NCBI RefSeq assembly: GCF_963921235.1 | Contig: NC_086108.1 | Location: 41,480,001-41,544,000, forward strand | Direction of reading: 5' to 3' | Source: Mobula hypostoma | Lineage: Eukaryota | Length of the DNA stretch: 64,000 nucleotides | Shown: piece after piece, positions 27,129-40,543 of the stretch | Layout of the letters: each line of letters opens with the position of its first letter | Numbering within the stretch: the first letter of the stretch is position 1 | The notes under the pieces: generated by a model | Database searches by the model: none | The model's input: only the letters and a program-made list of their open reading frames with translations | What the model was told of the DNA's origin: nothing | Translations under genes and position numbers: made by a program

Positions 27129-29357
27129 GTAAGGGAACTGCGGTTTCTTCCGAACTGCTTGGTCAGTTGATCGATTGATCAAACCGGTAAATGTATTCAT
27201 CTGAAGACACCGAGGTGGGGAGGTGGGGTCTGGGGGCCTGCAACTGATATTGTAACTAAAGCACTTTGAGAGGAATACCAAGGCCGGTCGCTCAAGATGT
27301 GTCCAACAATTGAAGTGTTACTAGTGTGGTCCTTAATTATTGTGTACTTAATGAGCTGGGGAAGTACTTGTTCCTATGAAAGGTGCGCAAGAAAAAAAGC
27401 GCAACAGTAAGACCCTTCATTGGAGTGAAATTAGACACAGGCGCACCAAAGTTGTTGACAGAAAGCGATTGCACACTCGATGTGCGTGAACCCGCAGCAC
27501 CCTTACTAACAGTTTTGCAAATTATTTTCTTCTCTGCGTTAAACTGGTTTGTGATAAACTAGATCTCTGATGGGGAAAAGGGCCGGGCTCATTTCAGTGA
27601 AGATTCCGAACGTTTGTAAAAGCGAGGAGCCGCCGTTTTCGGCGCTGTAATCCCATAGTCAGCTGAGCGTGTTGAGCGGCGGCATACTTGAAACTTGGAC
27701 AGTTGTTGGATAGTTCTGACGGCCAAGAAAAAAATACACTCGGATCTCACTAAGCAAAAGGCCGTGTGACTCTGAGTGGGTGCAGAGAGGTTCAAGCGTC
27801 TTTTTATTCAAAAAGAGACACGGTCCATTTCAAATAAACCGCAAAGATAATCATTCCGTGCACTCAGAGCTGAGAAATTGATTTCTACTCGTGGTTTTGA
27901 CGTTTAAATGAACCTACGAAAGCCTAAGCCAATAGCATGTGGACTTGCGAACCAGGACACGTGCCCTCGCAAACTATTTCTTCTCGTGTTTCTGGAACCA
28001 AAAAAAGATTCGGGATTCGATTTTAATTTGTCATCGATGCGCTTTAACATGAAGAGGAGCGTGTTGCACTTTTTTGCCGACTTTCTTAATAACTGTTCAA
28101 CGGAAATGACAAGTTAAGGAGCGCTACCTTGTCCTGCTCTCAGATCTGAGCTACCTGTGCTTAATCTTTTGGCTTGTTGAATCGCTGGATGCGACCCCGT
28201 TCACGTTTGCCCTCAATTCTCCCTGCGTGTAGGCACAATGCGAGGAAACGATAGTCCAACGCGCGAAAGTGCTGTCTGCTTGGTGAGGTGAGCGGGGCAC
28301 TTGGAAAGCCTGCATTGTGAGCTTCTCCGTTTCAGTATACAGTATCATGCAGCTTCAATGAGTGTCCGTTCACCCGTTTAACAGTGGTGACAAGACGGGG
28401 GACCTAAGGGTTTCCTGCTTGCAACCATCAGTGTTCAGCTGCAGCGTGTTTAACTTTCCTTATCCTAAAGTTTGCTTTTCTTAACACTGCTATGTGTTGT
28501 AACACCGACTTCGAATCAGCAACGGAACTCTATCGTCAACGTTCAATTTAAGGAAATCTACACTTTTCCTCCGTTACTCATGCTTCCGATTCATCTGTTT
28601 GGAAGTGTGACTTCCAGTATTTTGTGCGCTTCGGCCTCATCACACTGACCGGCAAACGGTGAGGGTCTTTCCTTCCGTCTGCCCGGAATGCTGGGTTTCA
28701 GTTCAAGTCCTTGGAATGGAGGAAGGAAACGAGCTGAATTCCATTGAATAGCGAATCTAGAAGCGTCAGGTGTCTGCTCTTTGCGAGGTGCCTGCATTTC
28801 TAAACTCGCCAGATGGCCAACCCGATTTTAACCATTGCTAAGTCTTTGCAAAGCACCTGTTTGGGTGGGAGGCACGTGCTCGTGTATGTTATTCCAACCA
28901 CTTTAATTCAGAATATTACAATAGGCTTATAAATAACGGAGCCCGAAATAGATCCGCTCGCATAGTCCTGGAAATAGCGTTGTAACAACAGGGAGTTTAT
29001 CGGCTCGTAAAATGACGCGCCACTGCACTAAAGTTCATCCGAGACGGTCCCTTGAACTTAAAAACATAAATGAATGGAAAAATAAAGCACTCGGGCGGAT
29101 AATAAATCGGATGGTCACCCATTTCACTCTAGTTCCCGAGTTGAATTTCTACATCCTACCCCAGAGGACGAGTTACGGGAGACTAAAGTGACTTGGTTAA
29201 CGTTTGCACTGATGTTATGGTTTAAGTGCCTAATGCAGGCAGATGAGAATTGCCCTGTAATAAGACACACAATCCGTGGAATTTTCATATTTAGGAGTCC
29301 ACCAGCAGTGTTTTTTTCTGTTACTCCCAGAAAATGCGCAGTATTAACATTTTACTT

Positions 29358-29358
<1 letters not shown>

Positions 29359-29390
<32 letters not shown>
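29359..29390 (+). repeat. (GA)16 microsatellite
   Basis: Direct reading. Confidence 0.97.
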
Positions 29391-29392
<2 letters not shown>

Positions 29393-31392
29393 AAGTTTTA
29401 AAAGAATGTGAACTTTTACACCGTCAACACTGCCCGGGGCAGAAGGAAAGGTTTAGACCGTTTACCATCGAATACTTCGGTAATTGCAGAGATGATCGAA
29501 ATATTTTCTTCCACATTAACATTTCTCACCTCACACCCTGGATGGATGCTTCACGCGCGCCCATTTTTCCAGCCATGTTTAGGGAAAATATTATACAAAT
29601 GCTGTCATGCTTAGGGAAATGTTATCCTCTCACCCAGTACCCAGTTTTCCATCAATGACAATATTAAACATCAAGCCCTCGTTCATTCCGCGGATTTGCG
29701 CTGGTTGACGGGGCGTGTGATTAAAACAGAACTCAACCAAGGTTTAAATATATCTTTATAGAAATGCTATACGGCGGATCCTAGACAATTAGCATCATAA
29801 TCCAACCAATATGTTTTAAACGTGTGACTTATTTACTCATTGAAATGTCGCATTTAAATTGTTTCACATCACTATTTTTCAATGATAAATGTTAAATTTC
29901 ACGTGGACAGAATGCCATTTGGAATCCTGCGAGGCGTCCCTGTTGTAGTTGTCAATTATCCTGTGCCCCGATCTGAACCAAATCGCAGACAATCCATGGC
30001 AATTGCTGACCTGCAATTAAACTCAGATGACAAATATCTGAGGACAAATATTTACCCCGCCAGAAAGACTCTCGGGGGGCAATTCTTGCGGTAGCTTTGT
30101 GGCCTGTGCGACTCTGCTCCGACTTTGGCCGCTTATTTACTCAGAGGGACTAAAAAGGTAAGATTCAGGCAGCTCATAATGAAGGATCTTAAAGATGAGG
30201 CTTAAAGGTGAGATTCTGACAACTTTTAATTGAAAGGTGAAGTCTGGATGGCCGAAATAAATTGTGCCCCAAAACAGAGCTCAATTCACTAAATTTTCTG
30301 TAATCCGATAGGAGCGAGGTTGCTAAAAAGAATTCTCCCAGTAAACATGAATTTAGCAGTTTGGAGCTTTTGGCAAAATTGAGTGCAGTATCTGTAAGGA
30401 TTCCATATCAGCAGGGATGAAGTTATGGGCGCTGAAGTCGTGTGCACGGCAAGGATTCCCGAGAACAGGGGTACCGCGTCAAGGTGTGCCAGTATCAATG
30501 CGTTGCGCCCAATCGATACTTTTTGCTCTGTAATAGAAGTGTGGCTCATCGTTTTAAATTGGTCAAAGTAAAGTGGTGTAGTCTGTAACTATGCGGTACC
30601 AGGCTGGCACCCCGAGCCTGTGTTCGCCATATGGATGACAGCGTTAGCACAAAACATCCCCAGCCCACCTACCCCAGCCCATTCCCCGTTTCCTCAAATC
30701 CACGTCCCGTGTATCCAGTGAATGCTACAATAACACCCCTCCTGACACACAAAATAATCTCATTGAGCAGCTGTCTGAATTTCTTCTATTATCTCATCCC
30801 CATAAAGTTTTCATTCAAAAGTTATTTACATTTTATTGCAGTCACCTATCCGCTGACGCCAAGCACCTAAGTCAGTCTGGGGGCAGAGAACCACACTACT
30901 TGCCCGAATTTCAGTTCTTGAAAGTGGCCCGAAATTGACGAGCTTAGTGTTGAGGAAAAAAAGGATACAACAGTTTTAGCAGTCAGTTTCACAAGGTGCG
31001 TTACTATTACCTGCACGTTTTGTTTTCCAGCGCCGGCTTTCTATAAATAAAACTGAAAAGATTCCAGCTCCTGTAATGCGGTGGTCATTAGCTGTGCATA
31101 TTATGGTTACCACAGTCTGTCAGCGAACCCTGTCTTGTGTAATCACCCCCACCCCCTCCACACCTTTCTCTGATGTGTCCTTCAAGGAATAAATTGCTTG
31201 TGTGTACACTCCCGCCCAACGCACACCCGCGCATTCTCCGCCCGCCCTCACTGCCAACCATTCCCGATCGATCGCCTGTGAATTTAGCCGAACTGATTTA
31301 TACCCCAGTGGGGTGTAATTAAAACTACCCCCTCCCTCCCCACCCCGCCACCACCCGCCCACTAACTCGCAGACACACCAAGTAGTATCTGA

Positions 31393-31737
<345 letters not shown>

Positions 31738-32271
31738 TAGTGACCTTGGGGTGGGAGTAATCTTGTTTACACCAGTTCACAGTCTTCCCTTAAGATGCAG
31801 CCAATTCTGGTCTGGTGAAAGCGCGAAACCTCTGCAGGTTTAAAGAGGTGAAGTGAATGAAACGATTCTTGGCGTCCCCGACGTGATATTTACAGGGACA
31901 AACTTCCAGCCCGTTGCCAGAATATTGCTGGAATATCGAACAGCTCCGCTGTGATGTTCCATTAAAATACCGGACTGCATCTGTTGCTGACCTTGTGCAC
32001 ATTTAAATCCCGACAAATGCCAGCCCATCGCTGTGCTCTACCCAGCAGAGCGTTCGTATCGCTCGCTAGAGATGCCATTTGCTTTCTAAATCAGGCAATC
32101 GCCCTTAAATAAAACTCTTTAAGTGACGAGGTGCCCCCCACCTCGGTATCATGGTGGGAGAACCGGCCGCGCTTTTAATGAGTGCTCTACAGAAGAGCCG
32201 CCTCAAGGGAAGGGTGAAACTTGCGCCTCACGGCAATGTGACTCCCCTTCTCCCCTCTCGTTTCTTTTAAG

Positions 32272-32413
32272 GGTTTCTTCAAGCGCACAGTTCAAAATAA
32301 CAAAAGGTACACGTGTATAGAAAACCAGACCTGTCCGATCGACAAAACCCAGAGGAAGAGATGTCCCTATTGCCGCTTTCAGAAATGCCTCAATGTCGGG
32401 ATGAAGTTAGAAG
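32272..32413 (+). CDS. nr5a2: nr5a2 exon encoding second zinc finger
   Basis: Acceptor tttcttttaag|, donor G|gtaagg, 142 nt. Reads [47 protein letters not shown]. Confidence 0.97.
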
Positions 32414-32948
32414 GTAAGGCCCATCAGAACTAACTTGGGGCTGCTGCCTCGTCGGTCGGAGCTTCTAACCTGCATTTAAAATGATACCGTCAGGGTATAT
32501 TGAACATGAAGACATCAAAGCGGGACAGGCATTTATTTCGTTTTCCTCTTACAGTAAATACGCGTTGGTGCTTAAATTGTAGTGTAAACTCAACTCTTCC
32601 CCTTCCCCCCCACTGCATACCCGCTCGATTACATGTACAGACTCCAGCCCGGAGTAAAGTTTTGTTTAAGCAGATCCGAAGCACGCAGAAGGGAGTCACT
32701 CAGAATTACAAATGCGCGGTGTTCGCCAAATTTGAAACTGACGCAGAGAACTCCTGCACAAAAAGCGGATTCTGTGGATGTAAGTTAAATAGAGGAAGGA
32801 ACGGACTGCGGCTCCTTTAATTGAAACGAATAGAAGGGAAGTTCGAGGTCCATAGTACTTCACCCAACGTGTCGGGTGGGGTTACTGACATTAAAACAAT
32901 CCAGAAGTAACTAACCCTTTCTCTTTCACGTCAAATAAGCAGTTTAGT

Positions 32949-33000
32949 TTTTTCTTTAAAAAAAGAACAATAACTTTTTCTTTAAAAAAAGAACAATAAC
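32949..33000 (+). repeat. Perfect 26-nt tandem duplication
   Basis: TTTTTCTTTAAAAAAAGAACAATAAC x2. Confidence 0.92.
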
Positions 33001-34695
33001 TATAATTGATTCAAATTTCGTGATATCTGCAAATTAGTGATATAAATGGTGGCACGTTATGAAGTGTTGTCACCGACTTCGTAAAATTTTAACGTGTTGT
33101 TAAAGGTTATTAGTTGAAAGCAATTAATTGATGTAAAAGATGATTCCTTTTATAACTGTTGTTCAGAACTTCTCAGAGCCATATTTAAACCCACCGTACA
33201 GTATGGTTTCCATCCTTTATAAACAACAGGATTTGGTTAAACTAGTCGCAGCCTCAGAACGCGCTGATTGCGAACCGTGCCGCCTCTGAATTGTGGCTCG
33301 CTGACTACTATAGATCAGCCGGCTGTGTTAGCGATCAAATTCCAAGTGTTTGACTATTGCACCGTTTAATTTCAAACAGTACCAGAACGAAAACAGGCGA
33401 AGATGTACAGCATGTAGGCGGCGATTGGAGTTGATAGCACTCTTGACTATGAGCCGAGTGGTTCTGGGTTCCAGTCCAATTTCAAAGATTTGATTACTGA
33501 AATCCACGTCAGTGTAGCGCTGAAGAGTTACTGTCGAGGTGTAAAATGAAGTCTCCGGCTACTCCAGCCGCTGAAGATAAAAGATTACGGCTGTATTTGA
33601 GAGATGAGCGATGAGCGAGGTGGGGGTGGGGGCGGGGGAGTTTTGCCTGGTACCCTAACTGATGTCTGGCCATTGCCACATTGTTTTGCGTGGGAGCTTG
33701 CCTTGCATAGTCTGGTCGCAGTATTTCTTACAAAGCGATAACTTCAAAAAGTGCCTGGCTGGTTTTAATCTGCTTTGGGAGAGCGAACCGCGCTGTACAA
33801 ATGCAACGAAAAAATGCTGGAAATATTGGTCAGATCAGACAGCATCTCTGGAGAGAGAGCCAGTGCTAACCTATCAATAACTTCACATGATTTCTGCCTC
33901 CCTCTCCACAGAAGCTGCCTGACAGTTTCCCTTCCAAAACTTGACACAATCATCATCCAATGATATCCCTCTGGGCACATCCACTAGGTGAGGGACATCT
34001 GGCACCTGGCTGATCTGTTCAATCTGTAAGCTCTATTGCTTTCACTTTGAGTACTGAGAGGCCTTTTAGAAGAGTCTAAAAGCCTCTCTAGTATCCAAAC
34101 AGGGTCCCCAAAACACCACACAATTGAAAGATAATTGATTTTGACAGTTATTTCTGAATAATGGAGCCAGAAATTACAGCAATTACTTTTTTAGAAATAT
34201 TTATTGTCAGATGGAATCAGATCATGAATTTAGTTTATCTAAAATGAAGCTACAATAAATCCTTCTCTTGTCAGCTTCATTAAATAGATTTTGAAAACAG
34301 ACATGAGAACTGATTTCAAAATCATCCTAAAGTGTCCCCTTCCTTCATCCCTGTGATACCTTGACATCATTTGTCATGCTGGGTCATTTCGTCCCATCTT
34401 TTAGTGTCTTGCCACATCAATCCTGCAGGGCATGGTAGTGAAATGGTTAAATTATTGGATAAGCAGTTAGAGTTCTGGACCATTGATCCAGGGATATGAC
34501 TTTGAATCCCTCCACAGCAGTTGAGGAATTTAACTTCAAGTAAATATGGAATTTTAAGTAAAAATAATCTTGCCAGTAATAATCATGGAACTATGGCATT
34601 GTCATAAAAGTCATGTTTTGTGAATATTCCTCAGGGAATTAAGTCCATTATTTTTACTAAGTCTGAGATGTGAACCCAGCTTCACCTATGTGGTT

Positions 34696-34811
34696 CACTA
34701 TTCCTCTTCTCACCCTGTCTCTTGCACTATTCCTCTTCTCACCCTGTCTCTTGCACTATTCCTCTTCTCACCCTGTCTCTTGCACTATTCCTCTTCTCAC
34801 CCTGTCTCTTG
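34696..34811 (+). repeat. Four perfect tandem copies of a 29-nt unit at the 5' junction of the Penelope-like insertion
   Basis: CACTATTCCTCTTCTCACCCTGTCTCTTG starts at 34696, 34725, 34754 and 34783. The unit is element coding sequence (YSSSHPVSC), single-copy in the other element. Confidence 0.97.
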
Positions 34812-35935
34812 CAAAAACGCCATCCCCTTCTCGCAATTCCTCCGTCTCCGCCGCATCTGCTCTCAGGATGAGGCTTTTCATTCTAGGACGAGGGAGATGT
34901 CTTCCTTTTTTAAAGAAAGGGGCTTTCCTTCCTCCATTATCAACTCTGCTCTTAAACGCATCTCCCCCATTTCACGTACATCTACTCTCACTCCATCCTC
35001 CTACCACCCCACTAGGAATAGGGTTCCCCTGGTCCTCACCTACCGCCCCACCAGCCTCCGGGTCCAACATATTATTCTCCGTAACTTCCGCCACCTCCAA
35101 CGGGATCCCACCACTAAGCACATCCTTCCCTCCCCCCCCCTCTGCATTCCGCAGGGATCGCTCCCTACACAACTCCCTTGTCCATTCGTCCCCCCCATCC
35201 CTCCCCACTGATCTCCCTCCTGGCACTTATCCGTGTAAGCGGAACAAGTGCTACACATGCCCTTACACTTCCTCCCTCACCACCATTCAGGGCCCCAAAC
35301 AGTCCTTCCAGGTGAGGCATCACTTCACCTGTGAGTCGACTGGGGTGATATACTGCGTCCGGTGCTCCCGATGTGGCCTTTTATATATTGGTGAGACCCG
35401 ACGCAGACTGGGAGACCGCTTTGCTGAACATCTACGCTCTGTCCGCCAGAGAAAGCAGGATCTCCCAGTGGCCACACATTTTTATTCCACATCCCATTCC
35501 CATTCTGACATGTCTATCCACGGCCTCCTCTACTGTAAAGATGAAGCCACACTCAGGTTGGAGGAACAACACCTTATATTCCGTCTGGGTAGCCTCCAAC
35601 CTGATGGCATGAACATTGACTTCTCTAACTTCCGCTAGGCCCCACCTCCCCCTCGTACCCCATCTGTTACTCATTTTTATGCACACATTCTTTCTCTCAC
35701 TCTCCTTTTTCTCCCTTTGTCCCTCTGAATATACCTCTTGCCCATCCTCTGGGTCACCCCCCCCCCCGCCGTCTTTCTTCCCGGACCTCTTGTCCCATGA
35801 TCCTCTCGTGTCCCCTTTTGCCTATCACCTGTCCAGCTCTCGGCTCTATCCCTCCCCCTCCTGTCTTCTCCTATCATTTTGCATCTCCCCCTCCCCCTCC
35901 AGCTTTCAAATCCCTTACTCACTCTTCCTTCAGTT

Positions 35936-35971
35936 AGTCCTGACGAAGGGTCTCGGCCTGAAACTTCGACT
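35936..35971 (+). ncRNA. Minimal hammerhead ribozyme motif with a substitution in the stem III palindrome
   Basis: AGTC-CTGACGA-AGGGTCTCGGCCT-GAAAC-TTC-GACT; T replaces the G seen in the other copies. Confidence 0.75.
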
Positions 35972-36079
35972 GCACCTCTTCCTAGAGATGCTGCCTGGCC
36001 TGCTGTGTTCACCAGCAACTTTGATGTGTGTCACTTATGTGGTTGATTCTTTTTTTCATTGACAAACTGAACAAAATAA

Positions 36080-36345
36080 ACCCTACTGGCCCTTCAAGCC
36101 GTACCACTGAGTAATCCCCTGATTTAATCCTCGCCTAATCACGGAACAATTTGCAATAACCAATTAACCTACCAACTGGCAATCTTTGGACTGTAGGAGG
36201 AAACCAGAGCACCAAGGGGAAACTTGTGTGGTCACGGAGAATGTTTCGAATCCTTACAGGCAATGGTGGGAATTGAACCCTAGCAGCCTCTACTGTAAAG
36301 CATTTTGCTAACCACTCCAATGCTACCGTGCCATCCAACTGCACC
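36080..36345 (-). mobile_element. V-SINE-like element
   Basis: ggactgtaggaggaaaccagagcac core; tRNA-like head with gggttcaattccc on the minus strand. Confidence 0.75.
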
Positions 36346-36504
36346 TTTAGTTCAAGGAGAATTAGGGGTAGACAATAAATATCAACTTTACCTGTGACTC
36401 AGCATCCGGTGAAATATTTTTAAAATAGCAATAACAATCTAGCATTTTCCCTATTCCAAATCTCCACTACTTTTTTCCATTTCCTTCTTTCTCATCTTAG
36501 TATC

Positions 36505-37437
36505 AAAGTTCAAAGTAAATTTATTATCAAAGTACATATATGTCACCATACGAACCTGAGATTCATTTTTTTTTGTGAGCATATTAGGTAAATCCAGGAA
36601 ATATAATAGAATCAATGAAAAACCTAACCCCACAGGACAGATAACCAACCAATGTGCAAAAAACAACAAACTGTGCACATGCAAAAAAGAAATAATAATA
36701 AATAAAAGAACAATAAATATCAAGAACATGAGATGAAGATTCCTTGAAGGTGAGTCCATAGGTTGTGGCAACAGTTCAGTGATGAGGCGAGTGAAGTTAT
36801 CCCCTCTGGTTCAAGAGCCTAATGGTGAGGGGTAATAACTGTTCTGGAACCTGGTGGTGTGGGTCCTGAGGCTCCTGTACCTTCTTCCTGACGGCAGCAG
36901 AGAGAAGAGAGCATGTCCTGGATGGTGGGGGTCCCCAATAATGGATGCCACTTTCCTATGACAACGGTCCTTGTAGATGTGCTCAGTGGTAAGGAGGGCT
37001 TTACCTGTGATGGACTGGGCCACATCTACAACTTTTTGTCGGATCTTCCATTCAAGAGCATTGGTGTTTCCATACCAGGCCCTGATGAACCAGTCAATGT
37101 AATTTTCACCATGTATCTATAGAAGTTGGTCAAAAGTTTTAGATGTCATACCAGTTCTTTACAAACCTCTAAGGAGGTTGAGGCACTGCTGTGCTTTCTT
37201 TGTAATTGTACTTACATGCTGGGCCCAGGTCAGATCCTCTGAAATGATAACACCGAGGAGTTTAAAGTTGCTGATCCTCTCCATGTCTGATCCCCCCGAT
37301 GAGGACTCCAGCTTCCTCCTTCTAAAGTCAGTAATCAGCTCTGAAGGGTGGTACCCTTCCACCAGATTTTCCCTCCTATATGCCGATTTGTCACCACCCC
37401 TGACTCAGCCAACAGTAGTGGCGTCATCAGCAAACGT
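36505..37437 (-). mobile_element. Rex1/Babar-type LINE 3' fragment
   Basis: ELITDFRRR, GVIISEDLTW, DPHHPGHALFSLLPSGRRYRS. Confidence 0.88.
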
Positions 37438-39871
37438 CGATACTATCGAATAAAGTTCCATGCCATTGTATATTATGTAGTACGACTCAGGATTTTTCAA
37501 GTTTTCATGTACATTTTGCTGGCCACTAGCTCTACTGGAGAATACAGTTTTGTTGCCCCCGAAGTCTCTAGTTTTGCTCAAATGTAAAAAATAAAATGTT
37601 TTTACAGTTATATTTAGGTATCATGACAAGAAAATGTGAATAATTTTCAATGCAGGATATATTTTTTTAATTTATCTTTATAAATTACTTTAATTTTACC
37701 AAATTTCCTCATCTTTCTGGGCTATATTTCTGTGCATCACGTTTTTCTTGATTCTCATTTCACATTCCTCTACACTTAATTTACATCATTCTATACCAAT
37801 GCACATTAACCTACATTCTTCAGTTCATTCCCTATTTATATGTAGCATTTGGTATCAATATGTCAACACACAATCTCACTTCATATGACCTTTATAGACA
37901 TAAAGAATTAGGAATAACACATATAATGATATCTGAAATCACCGTTGTAAATACTTGCTAATCAATATGAGTTCTCACTTGTGCTTCAACCTACTATAAA
38001 GTTAACAGTAATTTTCTGGCTCCAGTGTAGAGCATTTCCCATGTTGTTTGATCATTTAGTCTCATGTACAAATCACTCAAAGATATTTGGAATAATTCTG
38101 TCAATGTATAATTAATTGATTCCAACAAAAACAAACAATTTGAAGGAATATTTTTGAGAAATTTCTGCTCTAAAACCTTATATTACTTGAATTATGTAAG
38201 GCTTAAATTTCTTGGGTGACCTGCCCTGTTACATTAATATATGGTCAGAATTTCAAGATAGCCTCTGAATTAGCATTTTCATATCAAAAATGCATGCTAC
38301 CCCAATTGCAATATGTTTTTATTTAAATTTCTGAAAAAATGGTATCTCAAAACAATTCTTTATATGGTATCTAGCAAATGTAGAATTAATCAATCCTGTG
38401 GTCAGTCCAAGAAAAACATAAGTTCCCTTTTTAATAGTCGGAGAAATATTTCACGTTCAGATTTGACCACTAAAACATCCTGAACAAATATGATACAGAG
38501 TTGATTTTTTTTGAAAGAGTATGTACTCTATGTATTGGTGGTTAATAATGAATGAGTGAACTGTTATTGGGACACAAATGGAAACACTTGACTAGATTTC
38601 ATGAAGCCAAGAATGTTTTCCCAGAGGAACTCACAATTAGTTACCGATCTGCATTCTACCATGTGGGTTTAGATCTCCCAATCATCAAAAGTTCTTGAAA
38701 TGGATATGCAAAGCCTAGAATAAATTTTTAATGTGGTACTAATTCCTAAGATGAACCAAAAACCTGATTGCAATCTCAGGTGTACGTCTCAGTGGCCTCA
38801 ATATATCACATAGCTGTCAAATGTTCCGGTTTTGCCCTGGTCACCAACGGCCTCAGTGAGAACATCTCAGTGGCAGTGAGACCTGCTCATTGCTGACAGA
38901 CACTACTGTGACAGAGATGATTAAAGTGACTCCCGAGGCATTCTTTGAATTGGATTTGTTTTAATTATTTTTAATTCCAGTGATATTAGAATATACTAAA
39001 TTGAACCAGGACTCCCGTTGAGCTTTTTTACACATGGAAAATATTACAGTACAATGGTGCATTGCTACTGTATAACACCATTTAAAGAAAAGGAGGAGGA
39101 AAACAGGCAGAAATACAAATGCCATATTGTAAGGAGCTGAAACAGAAATAAAAGCAAAAGAATAGGCACAAGGAAATAGAAAAAAGTGATGCATTTACAA
39201 AAGACAAATTAAAAGTTTGAAAGGAACCCCTCATGCAACCTCTACAAAAAGCAACTTTTTTTTATTTTAATGTATTTCTTTTACCCACGCACAGGAAATT
39301 TAAAATCATTTAAATGCAGATAAAGTCTGTAAACTGATTTCTAAGGAAGAAGCCTCCATCAATATTGAAACATATGAATCTGATTAATATATTTTATACA
39401 CAGTTACTGCATACATTAGTGTTCTTTCGTGCCACTGTCCCTTACTACTATTTTGCCTCCATGTTGATCAGTACATTTCATACTTACAGACACACCTATG
39501 CAGTCACAAGTGTGCCTGATCTGTTGAGCTGAAATCCGTTCTTCCCTTAGGAAAAATGCAAACTGTCCTGAAGCATAGTCTAAAGCACAGATTTTCTATG
39601 GTATAAAAATTAATATTTTGATTAAAATAATGATCAGCCTGTTAATGGTAAAGTGCCATTCCAGCCAGAGAATATTAAATTCGCATTCTATAAAACGGAC
39701 TACAGAAACGTAGCCTGTAACCAATGTTCTTGTATTGGTTTTAAAGTGTACAATATTTACTTCCTTATTTCTTTATTATTTTAGAGTAATGATGTCTGAG
39801 AAACAATTCAACACTTACAGATCTTGTATTGCTTTTTTCAGTCACCCAATAGATTGATTTTTTCTTAATAA

Positions 39872-40543
<672 letters not shown>

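Larger units (their letters stand above)
34696..36030 (+). mobile_element. Young 5'-truncated Penelope-like element (RT thumb, GIY-YIG, 3' repeat), same family as 52862-55412
   Basis: ORFs 34690-35211 and 34670-35638 (one frameshift) give KNAIPFSQFLRLRRICS and GVIYCVRCSRCGLLYIGETRRRL. Target-site duplication TCAC(C/T)TATGTGGTT at 34682-34695 and 36031-36044. Confidence 0.95.

Noticed and set aside
24400..29658. ORFs with ERERER or SLSLSL runs (24400-24762, 24462-24653, 29188-29658)
   Set aside because: Translations of (GA)n microsatellites.
34696..34811. 29-nt repeats resembling a CRISPR array
   Set aside because: No spacers, the unit is retroelement coding sequence, the context is eukaryotic and there are no cas genes.
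36240..36345. tRNA-like sequence
   Set aside because: Degenerate SINE head attached to a V-SINE-like core; no full cloverleaf.
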